Positions 63,265-64,000 of a stretch of DNA of 64,000 bases are shown here, in pieces; position 1 is the first letter of the stretch; every line of letters begins with the position of its first letter. Where the stretch lies: the NCBI GenBank assembly GCA_039621445.1, contig CP154954.1, positions 38,897,816-38,961,815 on the forward strand. The letters run 5' to 3'. The translations under genes and the position numbers were made by a program. Below the pieces are notes generated by a model, which had not been told where the DNA came from, did not search any database, and was given only the letters and a program-made list of their open reading frames with translations. Origin of the DNA: Euglena gracilis (Eukaryota).

Positions 63265-63927
63265 ATGTATGTATGTATGTATGTATGTATGTATGTATGT
63301 ATGTATGTATGTATGTATGTCTGTATGCATGTATGTATGTATGTATGTATGTATGTATGTATGTATGTATGTATGTATGTATGTATGTATGTATGTATGT
63401 ATGTATGTATGTATGTATGTATGTACATGTATGTATGTATGTATGTATGTATGTATGTATGTATGTATGTATGTATGTATGTATGCATGTATGTATGTAT
63501 GTATGTATGTATGTATGTATGTATGTATGTATGTATGTATGTATGTATGTATGTATGTATGTATGTATGCATGTATGTATGCATGTATGTATGTATGTAT
63601 GTATGTATGCATGTATGTATGTATGTATGTATGTATGTATGTATGTATGTATGTATGTATGTATGTATGTATGTATGTATGTATGTATGTATGTATGTAT
63701 GTATGTATGTATGTATGTATGTATGTATGTATGTATGTATGTATGTATGTATGTATGTATGTATACCTGTGTGTGTGTGTGTGTTTAGATCCACGACATC
63801 CCCCCCAGGGGTGTCGCTACGTGAATCCATGGCCCCGGCCCCGGCCCCGGCCTCCCCGGGCCCCTGCTGGGCAAGGGCGGGCCGGGCAAGGGGGCCCCCG
63901 GCAAGGGCGGCCCCCCCGGCAAGGGAG
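59266..63927 (+). CDS. 5' part of a Gly/Pro/Lys-rich protein of unknown function (probably continues beyond the window)
   Basis: Exon 59266-59335 (MSADRGPPRGPPPPGGKGMGMGR, donor GTGAG); exon 60052-60140 after AG (GGALPLPGPRGPPFGPPGLPPGSPASGPGP); nonconventional intron 60141-63836; exon from 63837 (GPGPGLPGPLLGKGGPGKGAPGKGGPPGKG). All join in frame. Acceptor-like ccccttccctcAG ends at 59183. Confidence 0.65.
59637..59898. mobile_element. hAT-like MITE
   Basis: Termini CAGGGTTTTTTTT..AAAAAAAATCCCTG; 8-bp TSD aaacaaac/acacaaac (7/8). Confidence 0.75.
60228..63766. repeat. ~3.5-kb (TATG)n microsatellite with TCTG/CATG variants
   Basis: Directly visible; source of the spurious HTYI/MYVC ORFs. 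Confidence 0.99.
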
Positions 63928-64000
63928 GTCCGGGACCACACCGTGGCTTGCAGTCCCCCTCCCCCCCTCAGTGTGTGTGTGTGGGTGGGTGGTCGGGTGG

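Noticed and set aside
59883-63941. 1352-aa and other very long ORFs (HTYI/MYVC repeats)
   Set aside because: Translations of the stop-free (TATG)n microsatellite; not proteins.
1-64000. rRNA, tRNA, SL RNA or snoRNA genes
   Set aside because: None recognised by eye; a covariance-model scan (tRNAscan-SE, Infernal/Rfam) is needed to exclude them.

Overview
Eukaryotic, intron- and repeat-rich genomic DNA with strong hallmarks of a photosynthetic euglenid (Euglena-like). These are conventional GT-AG introns mixed with non-GT-AG 'nonconventional' introns closed by a terminal stem (typically +4..+6 CAG pairing with -8..-6 CTG), pyrimidine-tract/AG trans-splice-like acceptors before start codons, and a tripartite plastid-targeting presequence. 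Four + strand genes can be assembled by hand. (1) The 3' part of an RNI-like LRR gene made of eight 84-bp one-repeat exons plus a capping exon (976-19153); it may continue into a divergent, TM-less copy of a Vti1 SNARE motif ending at 26561. (2) A complete Vti1-like Qb-SNARE (28153-34716, 7 exons, 246 aa). (3) A plastid-targeted mitochondrial-carrier-family protein (43416-58557, about 18 exons, nearly all introns nonconventional). (4) The 5' end of a Gly/Pro/Lys-rich protein (59266 onward), one intron of which holds a ~3.5-kb (TATG)n array. Introns and intergenic DNA carry a decayed Tc1/mariner (DD37E spacing) element whose transposase has four short introns, many CAG..CTG MITEs with 7-8-bp TSDs, GGCAGC..GCTGCC palindromic MITEs with TTAGGG arms and 8-bp TSDs, LTR-integrase-like debris and simple repeats. 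Nearly all long ORFs in the supplied track are repeat artefacts. All gene models are manual and lack transcript support.
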